From contig NIVC01002207.1 of NCBI GenBank assembly GCA_002269645.1, positions 1 to 64,000 on the forward strand: a DNA stretch of 64,000 bases, in the 5' to 3' direction. Position numbers and translations under genes: made by a program. Below the pieces are notes generated by a model. The model was not told the origin of the DNA. It did not search any database and was given only the letters and a program-made list of their open reading frames with translations. The DNA is from Macrostomum lignano (Eukaryota). Within the stretch, counting starts at the first letter, position 1. Every line of letters begins with the position of its first letter. Shown in pieces: positions 25,228-62,000 of this stretch.

Positions 25228-26220
25228 CCCCAACAACCAGGCAGCTGAAATCCCCAACAACCAGACAGCTGAAATCCCCAACAACCAGACAGCTGAAATC
25301 CCCAACAACCAGACAGCTGAAATCCCCAACAACCAAACAGCTGAAATCCCCAACAACCAGGCAGCTGAAATCCCCGACAACCAGACAGCTGAAATCCCCA
25401 ACAACCAGACAGCTGAAATCCCCGACAACCAGACAGCTGAAATCCTCTACAGACAACGAAAATCCAGACAGACACAAAACACTCACAGAGAGACACAAAT
25501 CACCCAGACAGACACAAATCACGCAAACAGACAAATCACCCAGACAGACACAAATCACCCAGACAGACACAAAGCACCCAGACGGGCACAAATCATCCAG
25601 ACAGACGGAAATCACCCAGACAGACACAAATCACCCAGACAGACACACATCATCCAGACAGACACACATGATCCTGACAGACACAAATCATCCAGACAGA
25701 CACAAATTACACAGACAGACACATATCATCCAGACAGACACACATCATCCTGACAGACACAAATCATCCACACAGACACAAATCACCCAGACAGACACAA
25801 ATCACACAGACAGACACAACTCACCCAGACAGACACAAATCACCCAGACAGACACAAATCACCCAGACAGACACAAATCACCCAGACACAAATCACCCAG
25901 ACAGACACAAATCACACAGACAGACACAAATCATCCAGACAGACACAAATCACCCAGACAGACACAAATCACCCAGACAGACACAAATCACCCAGACAGA
26001 CACAAATCACCCAGACACAAATCACCCAGACAGACACAAATCACCCAGACAGACACAAATCACCCAGACACAAATCACCCAGACAGACACAAATCACCCA
26101 GACAGACACAAATCATCCAGACAGACACAAATCACCCAGACAGACACAAATCACCCAGACAGACACAAATCACCCAGACAGACACAAATCACCCAGACAG
26201 ACACACATGATCCTGACAGA
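25228..26220. repeat. Two adjacent minisatellites: 24-nt (CAGCTGAAATCCCCAACAACCAGA) then 20-nt (CAGACAGACACAAATCACCC)
   Basis: Arrays at ~25228-25443 and ~25465-26220. Confidence 0.94.
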
Positions 26221-26717
26221 CACAACCGAGATGTACCCCCCCCCAGTTCACATTCCCGCTGCTGCATGCCCAATATTTCCCCAGACCAGGAAGGAAAGCT
26301 CGACATCCCGCGGTCCCCTGGATCCGGCTGCAGGGCTGGAGAGGAATGCCAGAAAATGCCAGTTGACGGTGGCGGAGAGGGAGGAGAGGGAGAGCAACTG
26401 TCTCGTGAAGGCCGAGGCCCATTCTTCAACTCTGACTCCTCCCCCCCTCGGATTCACGCACTCCAATTGGTCCAGCCAGACTGTCCCAATGAGGGCGCGC
26501 TGACGGAGACTATCAAGGCCTTGAATTTTTCAAGGCCTGGCTACCGAGGCTTCTCGAATTGACGGGTGCAGATTCTCTTGCTGAAGCTTAGCCTAAATTA
26601 TTAATTTTCTAAAAATCAATCCCCGAGTTTATACTGCAGTTGCAGCGGTGATCTTTGATCGTCAGTAAGGAGTTTGGACTGCCTTGGGGGGCAGTGAAAT
26701 CGGTTTGATACTGAGAT

Positions 26718-49812
<23,095 letters not shown>

Positions 49813-51907
49813 TGATGGGGCTGCGGAAGCCAACTTAGCTCTGAATGCTCACCAGTCAGCTACTCCGAAATACCTGCCTATTAACCTGCAATTAGGAAGC
49901 TGGCTGATGCATGCACGAACAGGCGTAACGCCTTTTTTCAGCACCCGAATTTTGTTGGAAAGTTGCTTCTCATTCTTGCCTGACCTTGTCGCCACACCGT
50001 GCAATGTCCGCCCCCCCCCACTGGAGACTGCTCCATGCCGGGCTTACAAGTTTGTCCAACCAACTGCTCGCCATCTGATCGCACCTTTCCTGCCTTTCCT
50101 GGAAACAGTCTTGCCTTGCCATCTTGTTGCACAGTCGAGATTAGATCTTAAAGCCGCGCGTTCATTTTCATTTGGTTCCCATCAGGTTTGTCCAGATGGA
50201 CGGTTCGATGCTCGATTTAATCGTGACGGAGTCTGAGTGAAACTTAAAAAACAATTATCCTGATTGGATCTGTAAGGATTCTGGTGGATGATTGGTAAAA
50301 AATTCTGCAGTTTTGTCCTTTTCCAAACTGTTACAAACTGTTTGGGCTAATACATTGCTTTACACTACATAGACAGAAAACTAAATATGCTCATTTCGAA
50401 TGTAGCACAATTACTTTTGTAGCGTCAATGGGATTAGGGGAAAATTACCAAACGTCAGCTTCTAAAATACTCAGAATGTATATTTGTTGAAAACGATATT
50501 GCGAGTACTATTTTGGAGCAAACTATTTCTGGGAAAATATATTGCGCTTTTTGTCCAAATCAAAGTGTTTAGCCATGTATGGATTATCCTCGAAGTTGAG
50601 TTACTCGATCGTTACCCTTAGTACGTCTATACCCGTATACAGGGACTTATATCCCAGTTTACCGATCGATCGATGGAAATCGTGCTTCTCAAAGTCCAAA
50701 TGGTCAGATACGAGTATTAGGGAGTTTGATGTTAAAAAACTAATGGGGAATCGTGGGAAGAAATGTGCCGTTCGAAGACATTAAAAATGCGGAAGTAAGC
50801 TGTTGCTCCACCGTGATAAGACTCGCAATTGCCATTGTGATCCCCATCTTGCCTAGTATTGCTATTCTAGTTAAACTATTACCTTCGTTAACAAGCGTCT
50901 CTGCTCTCTCCTATAATAGCTGTCCCACGTAAACCTGTAATTTTTAACCTTCTTTGTCACCACTACACCGCCCTACATGCACATATTAGTGTAAACTGCT
51001 ATGGTACAGCCATATTCACACGTCTTTTGTCTCTAATGCGACACAATTGGGTTTTAGGGGGGCTACTATAGCTAACTAATATCGTTAATTTAATACTCAA
51101 TTTTAATAACAACACCCGAGCTCTAAGCCGATGCGACTAAGAAAAAAGAGCGATACGTACTTTAAGTTATTTGATCCATTGTGTTTGCGAATTTTCTGAA
51201 CTTTTAGCGAATTTACTGCTAAATCGATCGCACTGTCTCCTTTGTTATAAAATAACTCGTACAAATAGTACTTTTGCTATGAAAGTGTTAGCATTCATTT
51301 GTTATAATGATGTTTGCCGCCTGTCTGTGCTGTACATGTATCAATCGTACATTAAATACCTGCGCTCGTGTACGGTACAGGCGGTACAGCGTGTGCAACC
51401 TAGTAAATGTGTCGGTATCAAATGCTTAGTGCAAAATGAATTGCAAAAAATGCAAATATATTATAATTATTCATGCAAATCGATAGTTTGCAGACAGTTA
51501 CTTTACCTGTCGAAAAAGATGTTTTCCAAAAAATGTTTATGAGAGGAAAGGAACCTTTTCGTAAATGGAAAACAATAATTCTTGCGTACGTGTCTAATAA
51601 ACAGCGCATTGGTACATGTGTGTCCACACATTTTTTAATGAATGATGAAATTGACGGCTGTAGAATCAAGGGGTATATAATTTGCATAAAATCTCAATTC
51701 TAATACCCACCACTCCGAAGTAGAGAGAAAACGGGTCTCCAAAAGTTGACTGCGGTAACAATTAAGACAGAAGCAGAAATATGTACAGGAAGGACGACTT
51801 GATTGCAGCAGTGCCCACACGGGTTATGGCCAAATGTGATTCGGGCTGCATGAAACGCACCGTGAAGTTATCTAACGCGCTTGACGACGGGCTGACAACG
51901 TATTTTG

Positions 51908-51920
51908 CTGTTGTTGCTGT

Positions 51921-51954
<34 letters not shown>

Positions 51955-52883
51955 GTTGTTTGCGGTGAGCATCTCACAGGGGCCGCCAGTCGACGGCTCC
52001 CAGGAGCTGCGCCACCATATCACCACGTGCAAAGTCGCTCAGATTAGTGACGCCGATGTTGCGTCGAATTGCTTCGAGCTTAGGGCAGGTACAGAGGTGG
52101 AATTGGTCCGTGACATCCAGGCAAAGTCGGCAGGGGCCGCCTTCGGTGATGCCTGTGCGGTTGCGATAGTAGTTGGAGTCAGGGCAGTGGCCTGCTCTGA
52201 CCTGCGCCACGAGGATTTGTTGGCGGCGTGGTCCCTGATGGAAGGAGATCGGTTTACCGTAGACCTCGGCCATGTGCCCTTGAAGGGTCGGGCGGTACTT
52301 GAGATGATGACGGATGCGCTCTTGAGCGGCTGCAAGGGATATTTCGGACTCGTCCTGAGGCAGGGTGGCCGCGAGCTTGGCCTCTGCGTCGACCAGTTTC
52401 CGGGCACTCCCGAATGTCCCGGAACTCATTGCAGGGTAATCTTCGTGTGCATGGCTGCGGTAGCGAGGAGATCTTTAACTTGCTCAAGCCGCAGGTTGAG
52501 GGTTGGACGGTCAGCTTTGATGGCGGCGATGGCGCTCTGGCTGTCGGTTAGAATGACAGCTTGGCGCGGCTCGGAGCTGATAATGTCTTCCAGGACGAGC
52601 TTGATGGCCATTAATTCAGCTTCATAGGAGTTGCACCAGCGACCCGCTGCTGCGTGCCCGCAGCGACGGATGGTGCTTTTTTGGTCGAGGAGGGTCCATG
52701 CGGCTCCGCCGTTTTCGACCCCTCCGGTTCGAGCCATCCGTGTAGTAGTTGCAGGAACCTGGGCAGCGTTGCTCAATGGCTGCAAAAATTTGTTCGGTCG
52801 GAGTGGCTCCCAGGTCTGGCAGGTTGGTGAAACAGTTGGTCGACAAGAGAGGCCCAGGGTGGCCGTCGGGTAAGGTGGAAGGG
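51908..52883 (-). mobile_element. 5'-truncated I-group (Ingi-like) LINE, second subfamily: RNase H and CCHC knuckle with (CAA)n tail
   Basis: YYTDGS..SYEAEL..ILTDSQSA..VPGH (W mutated to a stop, plus a frameshift)..CRLC..HLCTC..VDWRPL*. Clearly homologous to but diverged from 17814-21714; (TTG)n on both sides. Confidence 0.9.
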
Positions 52884-53565
52884 TGTTGTTGTTGTTGTTG
52901 TTGTTGTGGCGAATGTCGGCCTGGTGGTCGACATTGCATGGGGCTGAATTTTTTGCCGAGACTCTGACGAACAGGTAACGCGGAGTTTCCGTGATATTAT
53001 CAGTTTTTCTGCCTCTGCTGTCTAGTTCTGTCCGCAAGGATCTGCATGTTTGGGCTGCTTTCGTTAGCTGTACAACGTCTAAGACTTGGATACTGACAGA
53101 CTCGCTTGAATAGTTAGTATACGTAGGATCGGCACATGCAGGCTGCATGGTCGTCTGTTGTGCAGCAGGCCGTCGTCGAGATCAGCGACGAGCGAGTTAC
53201 CATGCATGGAATGCGGCACTTTATTCGATTATTCTTTGTCCAACAAGTCACCCTTGGTCCGTCCCCAAGCAACCCGAGACGCTCTGTAAGGTGAATTCCA
53301 GCGGGCATGCGTGTACCACAGTAACGTTGTGATATGAATAAATGTACATGTAAGAACAGGTTTTCTCTTCCATGCAAAGAAACCTAGAAAATCAGGGACA
53401 GAATAGCGCAGTGATAAACGCATCCGACTATCGCTCCACATTATTCACGGCCATTTCGTGTCATTTCCATTTAAATCCCCAGGCTGAGGTGCCTGAAGAT
53501 TGGATTCTGTATACAGTACATGTATACATAGGTACACCCTATAATTTGTGATTCAGTATGTGTTA

Positions 53566-53828
53566 CTTTCTTCTTCTTCTTCTTCGGGCGCGCTCGGCCC
53601 AGGGTCCATGGCACCGGGCGTCAGACGGCGCCCGCCTTCCCGAGGAAGTTTAACACCGCGACGCAGTTCTCGAAAACTGCCGCGGGCTCCGGGCTTGGCC
53701 CCCCAGAGGCGGCAGCGGTGTGGAGTCAGGGCGGGGCAGGAGATCAGCAGATGGGCCGCGCCGTCTCCTCTCCATCGCAACACAAGCGGCAGTTGGGGGC
53801 CACGTCAACGCCGATGGCGGCCTGGAAG
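53566..53828 (-). mobile_element. 3' stub of a third LINE family with (GAA)n tail and 10-bp TSD
   Basis: Encodes ..APNCRLCCDGEETA/AHLLISCPAL.. (CCHC knuckle); tail (GAA)n. TSD GTATGTGTTA at 53556-53565 and 53829-53838. Confidence 0.82.
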
Positions 53829-54301
53829 GTATGTGTTATATCGCGGTCCACCGAGTGTTTTTATTATCTTTCTTGTAATCCCACTTAAAGAAAAATAGTT
53901 GTGCGTTAATACGCGGTATAACAACAAAATATATAAATTAATTGAAGAAATTTACGGCAAAATGGATTTACCTTGTTTGTGTATTTTTTTCTATCGTTCT
54001 TAACTTTCAGTATCCAAATGTACGAATAATAAATGTTAGAGTTGCTTGTTTAAATCTTGCTATCTCCGAATTTCGCAATTTAGTAAGTAATTGTGAGAAG
54101 TGAGTGTAACCGCGCGGTACCCTCCAATTACCGTGTGCGTTTCGATTATTAATATCTGATATTAGAGAATCGCGTGTTAACTTGCATTTTACTTTGTGTA
54201 CTTTACTAAATTAAGCTCTCACTTGGATTTCGTGGCAATGGGTAAGTGTAGAAATTCTTAGTTGTATTAAAGTTGCATAAAGGCTATGTATGCCTATACA
54301 A

Positions 54302-55438
54302 TAGGCTGTCCAGTGAGATTTTAAAAGTTATTTATTTTGATACTATCATCATTGCCAAAATTGATAGAGGTCATCAACAGTATTCCAAATTGGCCTCATT
54401 AAAATTGATTGAATAGTGAAAAAGTTATAAGAATTTTAGTGACAAGTTTTGTATAAATTTCAATGGAAAAAATACATAGTACTTAGTAGGGGGCCTAACT
54501 AAAGCAGAACTTTTTTGCAAAAATTAAAATTTTGTGTTCAAATGCATATAACTAAATGATTTTTATTACAAATGTATTGGTTTTGGTGTTATTTAGAAGA
54601 TAATTTTTGTTATTTATGTAATGAAATTAGTAGAGCTGTCAAAATTAGAGATTTTATTCGAGACGAGATTTGAGATGAGAAAGGCTTTTAAGTCAAGAAT
54701 TTTGAGACGAGACAAGACAAAGTAAATCTAAAAAATATATTTTAGAATTGCATCTTGTCTTGCTCTTATCTTGCCTTATCTTGTCTTAAATTTCTTGATA
54801 AGATACAATTCTAAAATATATTTTTTAGATTTTCTAGAATACTTTCTTAATTCTAGTTTAAATTCTTTGCTATTTATTCATAAGAATTTATGCTTGTAGC
54901 ATATAGGCCCTTGGCCCTACTATGTCTATTACTAATTCGTCAAAAGACCTGTGTAGATTGTCTTCAAGTTTGCTATGATACACCTTGCTACAGAACTGAA
55001 ATGATAACTAAAAAAGCGCATATGCAATGCAAATTTGTATATAACGACATTCGTTAAATAACTGCTCGACATTGGCTAGATTTTACCATTTGAAAATTGC
55101 CCTATCAAGCGTGTTACAACAAACAGTTGTATTTATATGAAAATTTGTTCCCCTTTTATATCATATCACTTCATAGCTTTTGAAAAAAGGTATAAAAAAA
55201 TTTCTTGAATCTCGTCTCGAATTTCTTGACAAAATTCGAGATTTCTCGAGACGAGAAAAAATGTCAAGATCTTGTATTAAATCTTGTCTCATCGAGATCT
55301 CGTGACAGCTCTAGAAATTAGACTCAATCTAATATTAGGCCTAGCAAGTTTTATTAAGTTTTGCTAATGTATGTATAGCATAAAAAGATTGAAAAAATAT
55401 TTTTTGCCTAATTTTTCTAAAGCTTACTAGACAGCCTA
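54302..55438. mobile_element. MITE with imperfect ~25-bp TIRs (TAGGCTGTC[C/T]AGT..), probably Tc1/mariner-type
   Basis: TAGGCTGTCCAGTGAGATTTTAAAA at the left matches the reverse complement of TTTTCTAAAGCTTACTAGACAGCCTA at the right; TA flanks. Confidence 0.55.
54631..55313. mobile_element. Non-autonomous hAT element nested in the previous MITE
   Basis: TIR TAGAGCTGTCA..TGACAGCTCTA, perfect 8-bp TSD GAAATTAG (54623-54630, 55314-55321), GAGACGAGA-type subterminal repeats, internal 33-bp palindrome arms at ~54724-54832. Confidence 0.88.
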
Positions 55439-55534
55439 TACTATAAAAATGGCTAAGAAAGATTAGTTAGATAAATATAAAATCCATCATTGATATCAAT
55501 GATGTTATATTATATAATAATGATATTATATAAA

Positions 55535-56600
55535 AAGGTATAATCTTAGTTTCCCTGCATTAAATTATTTTTAGTTAAAAAATCAACTCAATAAGTTAAA
55601 ACAGGTTAGTCCATAATAGTCAATAGTCCACTGAGCTCACTAACCCAGAATAAGAAGTTGCTAAAGGACTTCTCTAGGTAAAGGTGGCGGCTTCCAGATA
55701 GTCCAGCGACAAGACAATCTGGCAACAGTCAATCCAGTGACAAACGATCTGGTGACAGATATTAAATCAACATATATCATGATATATATAGATTAGTTAA
55801 GCTATTATTTGTAGCTTTTTATTATTTTTTATTAATACTATTATTATTATACTATTATTATATATACTACTATTATCCATGCATTATTTGTTACATTAAA
55901 TGTAGGTTACGTGTACATTTTAAAAATAATACGTACAAGTTGCTGTGCGAATAGCAATTTTTTGGTTCTTTGACTCTCAAATATTGTCACAAATACAATA
56001 TATACAACAATATTGATTATAGTCATAGAAACTTGCTTTCCAAGCAGATTAAATTGATTGATTGTCTTTGAAAAGAACATATTGAAAATCAACAGCTACA
56101 TATAGTTGTAAAAATATAACTGCAATAATTATAGTTTATGTAATTGTTATTTAATTATTTAAGTATTAATAGGTAATAATAAAGAGCTAAAAATAATAGC
56201 TCAACTAATCCATATATATGCTGTTATACGTTGATTTAATATCTGTTGCTGGATCGTCTATTGCTGGATTGACTGTCGCTAGATTGTCTGTCACCGGATC
56301 ATCTTGTTGCTGGATTGACTGGATACCAAGGTGGCGCTAGAGATACTCATTTAGGTGCAAATCAAATAGGCCATAGTTGGTGCCATACATGTTATGGAAC
56401 TTTGCCTTGACATGCGCCCAAGTCTTTTTTAATGGTATTCATATGGAAAGTTCCTAGTTTCCAACTAGTTCTGCATTTTGGGTTGCTCATTATTATGCTA
56501 TCTAGTAGGCTCAGCAGACTATTGATTGCTATGGACTAACTATGGATTATTTTTTTAACTCAAAATAATTTAATGCAGGAAGCTAGGATTATGCCATAAA
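55535..56600. mobile_element. Nested pair of long-TIR MITEs (foldback-like)
   Basis: Outer arms ~55535-55640 and ~56500-56600; inner arms ~55690-55850 and ~56165-56330. Both pairs are imperfect reverse complements. Confidence 0.7.
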
Positions 56601-57589
56601 AAGTATATTAAAAACAAAAATGCAATATTTTATATCATATTTTTTTTGCAGCAACAAATTATTCATAAAACAAAGTTATTAAATAAAGTTACTAAACTTT
56701 AAAACCTTTAAGACATTGAACCTAAAGTTGCAAAACATTTTGGCAATCATTGTTTAAGTGTAATCATTAGTTGGTTTTTTCAAAATGCAAATGCATAGAC
56801 TTACAGACTATGGTTGTTTTCGAGAACATGAATATAATGTTAGTTAGTATTAGTGATTAGAATTAGGCCTAGTTAGATTAGTTGTATAGGAATTATATTT
56901 AATTCAAATTTATTTACTTCTACTAAGTTTTAGTTCTTGCAATCTCACTTGAATTTTACTTAAAGAATAGATTAGTTGCTTATTTAGATCATTAATTAGA
57001 TGCTGAGGTATTTTTGTTATAGTTAAAAGTATTATAGTTACTCCTGCTGTTTACCTTTCACTTTTTGCTTGCATTTGGAAACATTCAGATATTCAGATTT
57101 AATCCGTTTTTTTGTATATTTGGATTTGGTTTTGGAAGCTTGCAAAAATCTAAATTTGGTCCATTACTAGTTTTACTAGTCTAGAAAATAAAAGTAGTTT
57201 GAATCAAAAGGATAACTTGATACTTGTCTTAAACAATTTTAAATAAAGGTAGAAATTCAAACTAACACTTGATTGCTTTTTGTAAGATTACATTTCAATC
57301 TATCTACTACTGAAAGTACCATTGAACTTTTTAACATTGATAAAAGTAAGAATTTGCTAGCCTTTTATGGTATTATATTAGGTATAATTTTTTGGTTTTG
57401 AATCTATGATGCAAATTATAATAAGTATCTTTGTTATATTTTTCCTTTCTAATAATATTTATTTTTTAAATTTATATCTATGGCTATAGAAATCTACAGA
57501 ATATGACTGCAATTACCATATTTCCATAGTTGTAGCTGTAAGAGCAGCTATCTACTATTTCTTTCAACAGCATGAACTCCTTTTTGGAC

Positions 57590-57790
57590 CTTCCTATGCA
57601 ACATTGCCTGTAGCAATAGCTACCTGTTGCAGGTCACCAGAGTTTAGTGGAATGAATAGCAATGCTTCCATTGTATCTGGACAAAGCCCCTTGAAACTAC
57701 AAGTAAGTTTAAGTACATATAAGTCAAGGCTATAAGTCATACATTGTAAATATACCTCCAAGACTAGCATACACACAAAAATGGTTATAA
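57590..57790 (-). pseudogene. Possible relic of a hAT transposase C-terminal dimerisation region
   Basis: KGLCPDTMEALLFIPLN resembles the hAT RxRLxPxxxEALxFxxxN motif; the surrounding sequence is heavily decayed. Confidence 0.3.
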
Positions 57791-59068
57791 TTTTCCCATT
57801 AAAATAGAAATCTGGTTTCATAAAAATGATGGGTTTTGGCCTTTTTAGCATGAAAGCTTCAGGACTTTAGGCCTTAGAAATGAATCATTTAGTCCTAGCC
57901 TCCCATTCCTACCAGATAGTCAGCCCCATTGCCCAAGCTATGTAGCTTGATCAATAGGCAAGTAGTCTAGGTCCTATATCTATAAGAGAAGGATAGCAAA
58001 CAATAAGCATGGTATTTTAAATAGACAAAGATTAGCTACTCCAAGGATTCACTACATGTATAACCTGCATTATTACAAACCTGTGCAAACTGGTTCATCA
58101 AATCAGATCTCTCAAAATTGGGCTTTCAACTAAATAAGGCACTTTGGATCTGACTAAACTATCTGGGGTCTTTTAGTTGTCAATCTTGGTCATAGCCAAT
58201 ATGGGACACCACAGGGACAAGATCAAAGGGCTTAGGCATATATAGAGAGGATTTATGTCAAGGATTCTTGCTAGGCAAAACTATGCAAATTAGATAAAAG
58301 TTCTATAAGACAAAGTTTTGCACTTTGCTGAAGACTTTCTTGGCTAATATATCATCTTCAAATTTGTTTGCAGAAAGAAGTATGTCATTATCAACCAAAG
58401 GTCTTTGCACTTCTTGTGCTTCTTTGCTTTTTTGCCAACATTGCATCTTTAAATTCATTTGCATAAGTGTCACTATCAAACAAAGACTTGTCTCTGCACT
58501 TCTTGTGCTTCTTTGCTTTTGTTTTCAAATTCATTTAGAAAAGTATCACTATTAGATATGTCTTGGCACTTCTGCCTTTTTTATTATATTGCCACTACAC
58601 ATATTGCTAGGGGACTCCACATGCTCCAAGCCTTTCAAAGGTTGTTTCTTCATTATAAGCCTAGTTTAGAATCATTAAAAGATATACAATTAATTCTTTA
58701 ATAGTATGTAGCAATATTTAGTCTAATGATATTACTTTAAACATGTTGGTTCTTAGACTAAGTTTATGTAACCTTAAAAAGTTTGATTATAAAAGTAGGA
58801 ATACCTGTTAAAGCATTAACAATATGACAAAATTGTCAGTCTTGTAAATGTTGTATATTAAGTAGCTACAAAGAAAAGCCACTGAATCTTGTTTTTACTT
58901 AATACTATTATTATTGCATGCATATATGCATATTTTTTATTTGGAACTAATATCTATCATCTAGATAAATAAAGTCAGCAATATAAATTAGAAGTTACAA
59001 AGAATAAATTATAAGCATCTCATTTATCAATAAGATTCAATTGTTACTATGCCTTAAAGAAAGTAATT

Positions 59069-62000
59069 GATCATACAAGGGGTATCCCAAAAGTTCCCAG
59101 AATGTCTAACATAGCTCTTTAGCAGAGCCATAAAATTTCATGCCCATGGTGTCAAATGAAAGGAAATTTTGTCACAAAGAAAACAAAGTTAAAATTATGT
59201 TGATATCTTTTTTTATTCAGGAGCTGCAGCAAAAAACATGTGCTAAGGTCAGGAGTAGTGTTACACAATCTCAAAAAGCTTTGGCAATGATTTTAAACAA
59301 TAAAACACAGAACAGTTCATTAGTCTGCATAGACTATGCTTTAAAACACTTTAAGAGCTTCTCATTCTTTGCCTAAAGTTTAAAGCACATGAAAAGAGCA
59401 TATCTACAAGTCAATATCTAGAAATTAAAAATGGGCATTTTAGCATTTGTTACTTTGTACATTGCAGTAACTACTAGAATCTTAGGAAATGATGCATATA
59501 TTTTGCATTAGTTTGTCTTAGGTACAGTGGTCCAAGAACTTTAGATCTTCCAAAGCCTTCAATGGTTATCACTTAAAAAGCATTTGGACCAGCACATTGA
59601 AAAGCATTAATAATGTCAATGTTTATAGCCTTGATGGCTATTGCAAGATTGTAATTAGCTTTCTTTCTTGTGGATTTGAGAAAATGGCCTTATAATAGCT
59701 TTTTTTGCCCTAATCTAAAGAAATGTTCTCACTTTTTATTGCTCCTCTAGTGTCAAATGTTGAAAATAGGGCAGAAGTTTGAATGTGGCCTAAAATAATA
59801 TTCTAAAAATTGTTATTAACATTGTGTATTAAATGAATAGTCAACTGACAAAAACTATCTACTAGCAAGGTAGTCAGCAATAAAAAACAGCTGTTGTTAG
59901 GTTAAATTGAAGACTTGCACAATTGACTGACATGCCATACCAGGTTTGCTCTGCTTTGATCATCTTTTTGGCAGCTAAAGAGGATACCAACTGTCCTAGT
60001 GAGCTTCTTCTTGACACCAACATCTCTATTGTTGGCTTGCAAAATAATTAGTGTGTACAGTTGGTGTTGTTTAAAATCAATAGACCTTTGGGAGATACTA
60101 GAAATAATAATCATCTTTCTTGTTAGCGTTATAGGCCTTGATCACTAGTCATGCTTCTTGCTCAATGATAGGCATAATAATTAATGGCTAATACAGCTCA
60201 ATATCATCTGCACTAGGTTTTGACAGCGAGTAATTTGCAACAAAAGTATTTCATATGCATTTGAGCATGGAAATTCCAGGCTGCGCTAACAAATATTTAT
60301 ATATAATAGCAGTCAAGCTGTCTCATCATGCTTCTTGGGGGATCTTTTTACAGTTGACAAATTGAAACTATAACTTTTTTTGCTAGGTTTACAACTGACC
60401 CACAATCATTGTTTGTCATCATTTTTTGCCATTGTTGTTTATACTTAGGATTCAGATTTTTTATCATAGTTTTTAGAGTCGCCATTGATGTCAGTGGCTG
60501 CTAAAGAATTAAAGAATTCTCTTCCTTCCTTTCATTAAAAACAGCATAAGACACAAAAATAATTCTAAGCTATGCATATACTCGTAGCTAGCTTAGTCAA
60601 CTCAGGAGTTAAGAAGAAAGGAGAGGTGTCTGTCACCTAGTGAGCTAGCTCTCAATATATTTTCTGATTGATAGATGCATATCAGTGCATAATACACAAT
60701 AACATTGAAAATCTTTATAAAATGAACAATGCAAAGACACTCACCAAAAAGTCAATAAAATTGTCCAAAAGTCATAAAATGAAAACATGAAACTAATAGA
60801 ATGATGTTTTTATACTATCATATAATATTGCAGCAAAGGTCTTAGGAAATCACTGGAGGAAGGAACAACTTAACTAATTCTATTAACTTTAACTATTTTT
60901 GTCTGGATTATGACTTCTTATAAATTATATTGCTCATAAATATGCATTAAATTTGAAGCAGCATTTTGATTACTGCCATTAAATTCCCTGAAAAAAGCAA
61001 GTGTCATTTTATAAGAAGCAGTTATGAGTCAGCCACCCATCGAGTGTAGCTATACCTATATAGCTATAGATCATACGAGGGGTGTCCCAAAAGTTCCCAG
61101 AATGTCTAACATAGCTCTTCAGCAGAGCCATAAAATTTCATGCCCATGGTGTCAAATGAAAGGAAATTTTGTCACAAAGAAAACAAAGTTAAAATTATGT
61201 TGATATCTTTTTTTTATTCAGGAGCTGCAACAAAAAACATGTGCTAAGGTCAGGAGTAGTGTTACACAATCTCAAAAAGCTATGGCAATGATTTTAAACA
61301 ATAAAACACAGAACAGTTCATTAGTCTGCATAGACTATGCTTTAAAACACTTTAAGAGCTTCTCATTCTTTGCCTAAAGTTTAAAGCACATGAAAAGAGC
61401 ATATCTACAAGTCAATATCTAGAAATTAAAAATGGGCATTTTAGCATTTGTTACTTTGTACATTGCAGTAACTACTAGGATCTTAGGAAATGATGCATAT
61501 ATTTTGCATTAGTTTGTCTTAGGTACAGTGGTCCAAAAACTTTAGATCTTCCAAAGCCTTCAATGGTTATCACTTAAAAAGCATTTGGACCAGCACATTG
61601 AAAAGCATTAATAATGTCAATGTTTATAGCCTTGATGGCTATTGCAAGATTGTAATTAGCTTTCTTTCTTGTGGATTTGAGAAAATGGCCTTATAATAGC
61701 TTTTTTTGCCCTAATCTAAAGAAATGTTCTCACTTTTTATTGCTCCTCTAGTGTCAAATGTTGAAAATAGGGCAGAAGTTTGAATGTGGCCTAAAATAAT
61801 ATTCTAAAAATTGTTATTAACATTGTGTATTAAATGAATAGTCAACTGACAAAAACTATCTACTAGCAAGGTAGTCAGCAATAAAAAACAGCTGTTGTTA
61901 GGTTAAATTGAAGACTTGCACAATTGACTGACATGCCATACCAGGTTTGCTCTGCTTTGATCATCTTTTTGGCAGCTAAAGAGGATACCAACTGCCCTAG

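Noticed and set aside
24740-26560. DIRS/LTR retroelement remnants in the GC-rich patches upstream of nAChR exon 1
   Set aside because: Only vague motif echoes; no RT, RNase H or recombinase signature I can defend.
26630-26645. Spliced-leader trans-splice acceptor upstream of nAChR exon 1
   Set aside because: An AT-rich tract followed by CTGCAG is compatible with one but cannot be distinguished from a cis acceptor or chance without transcript data.
59900-60300. Mariner transposase relic inside the 2-kb unit
   Set aside because: Minus-strand frames are full of stops and I could not identify the DD34D or YSPDLAP motifs.
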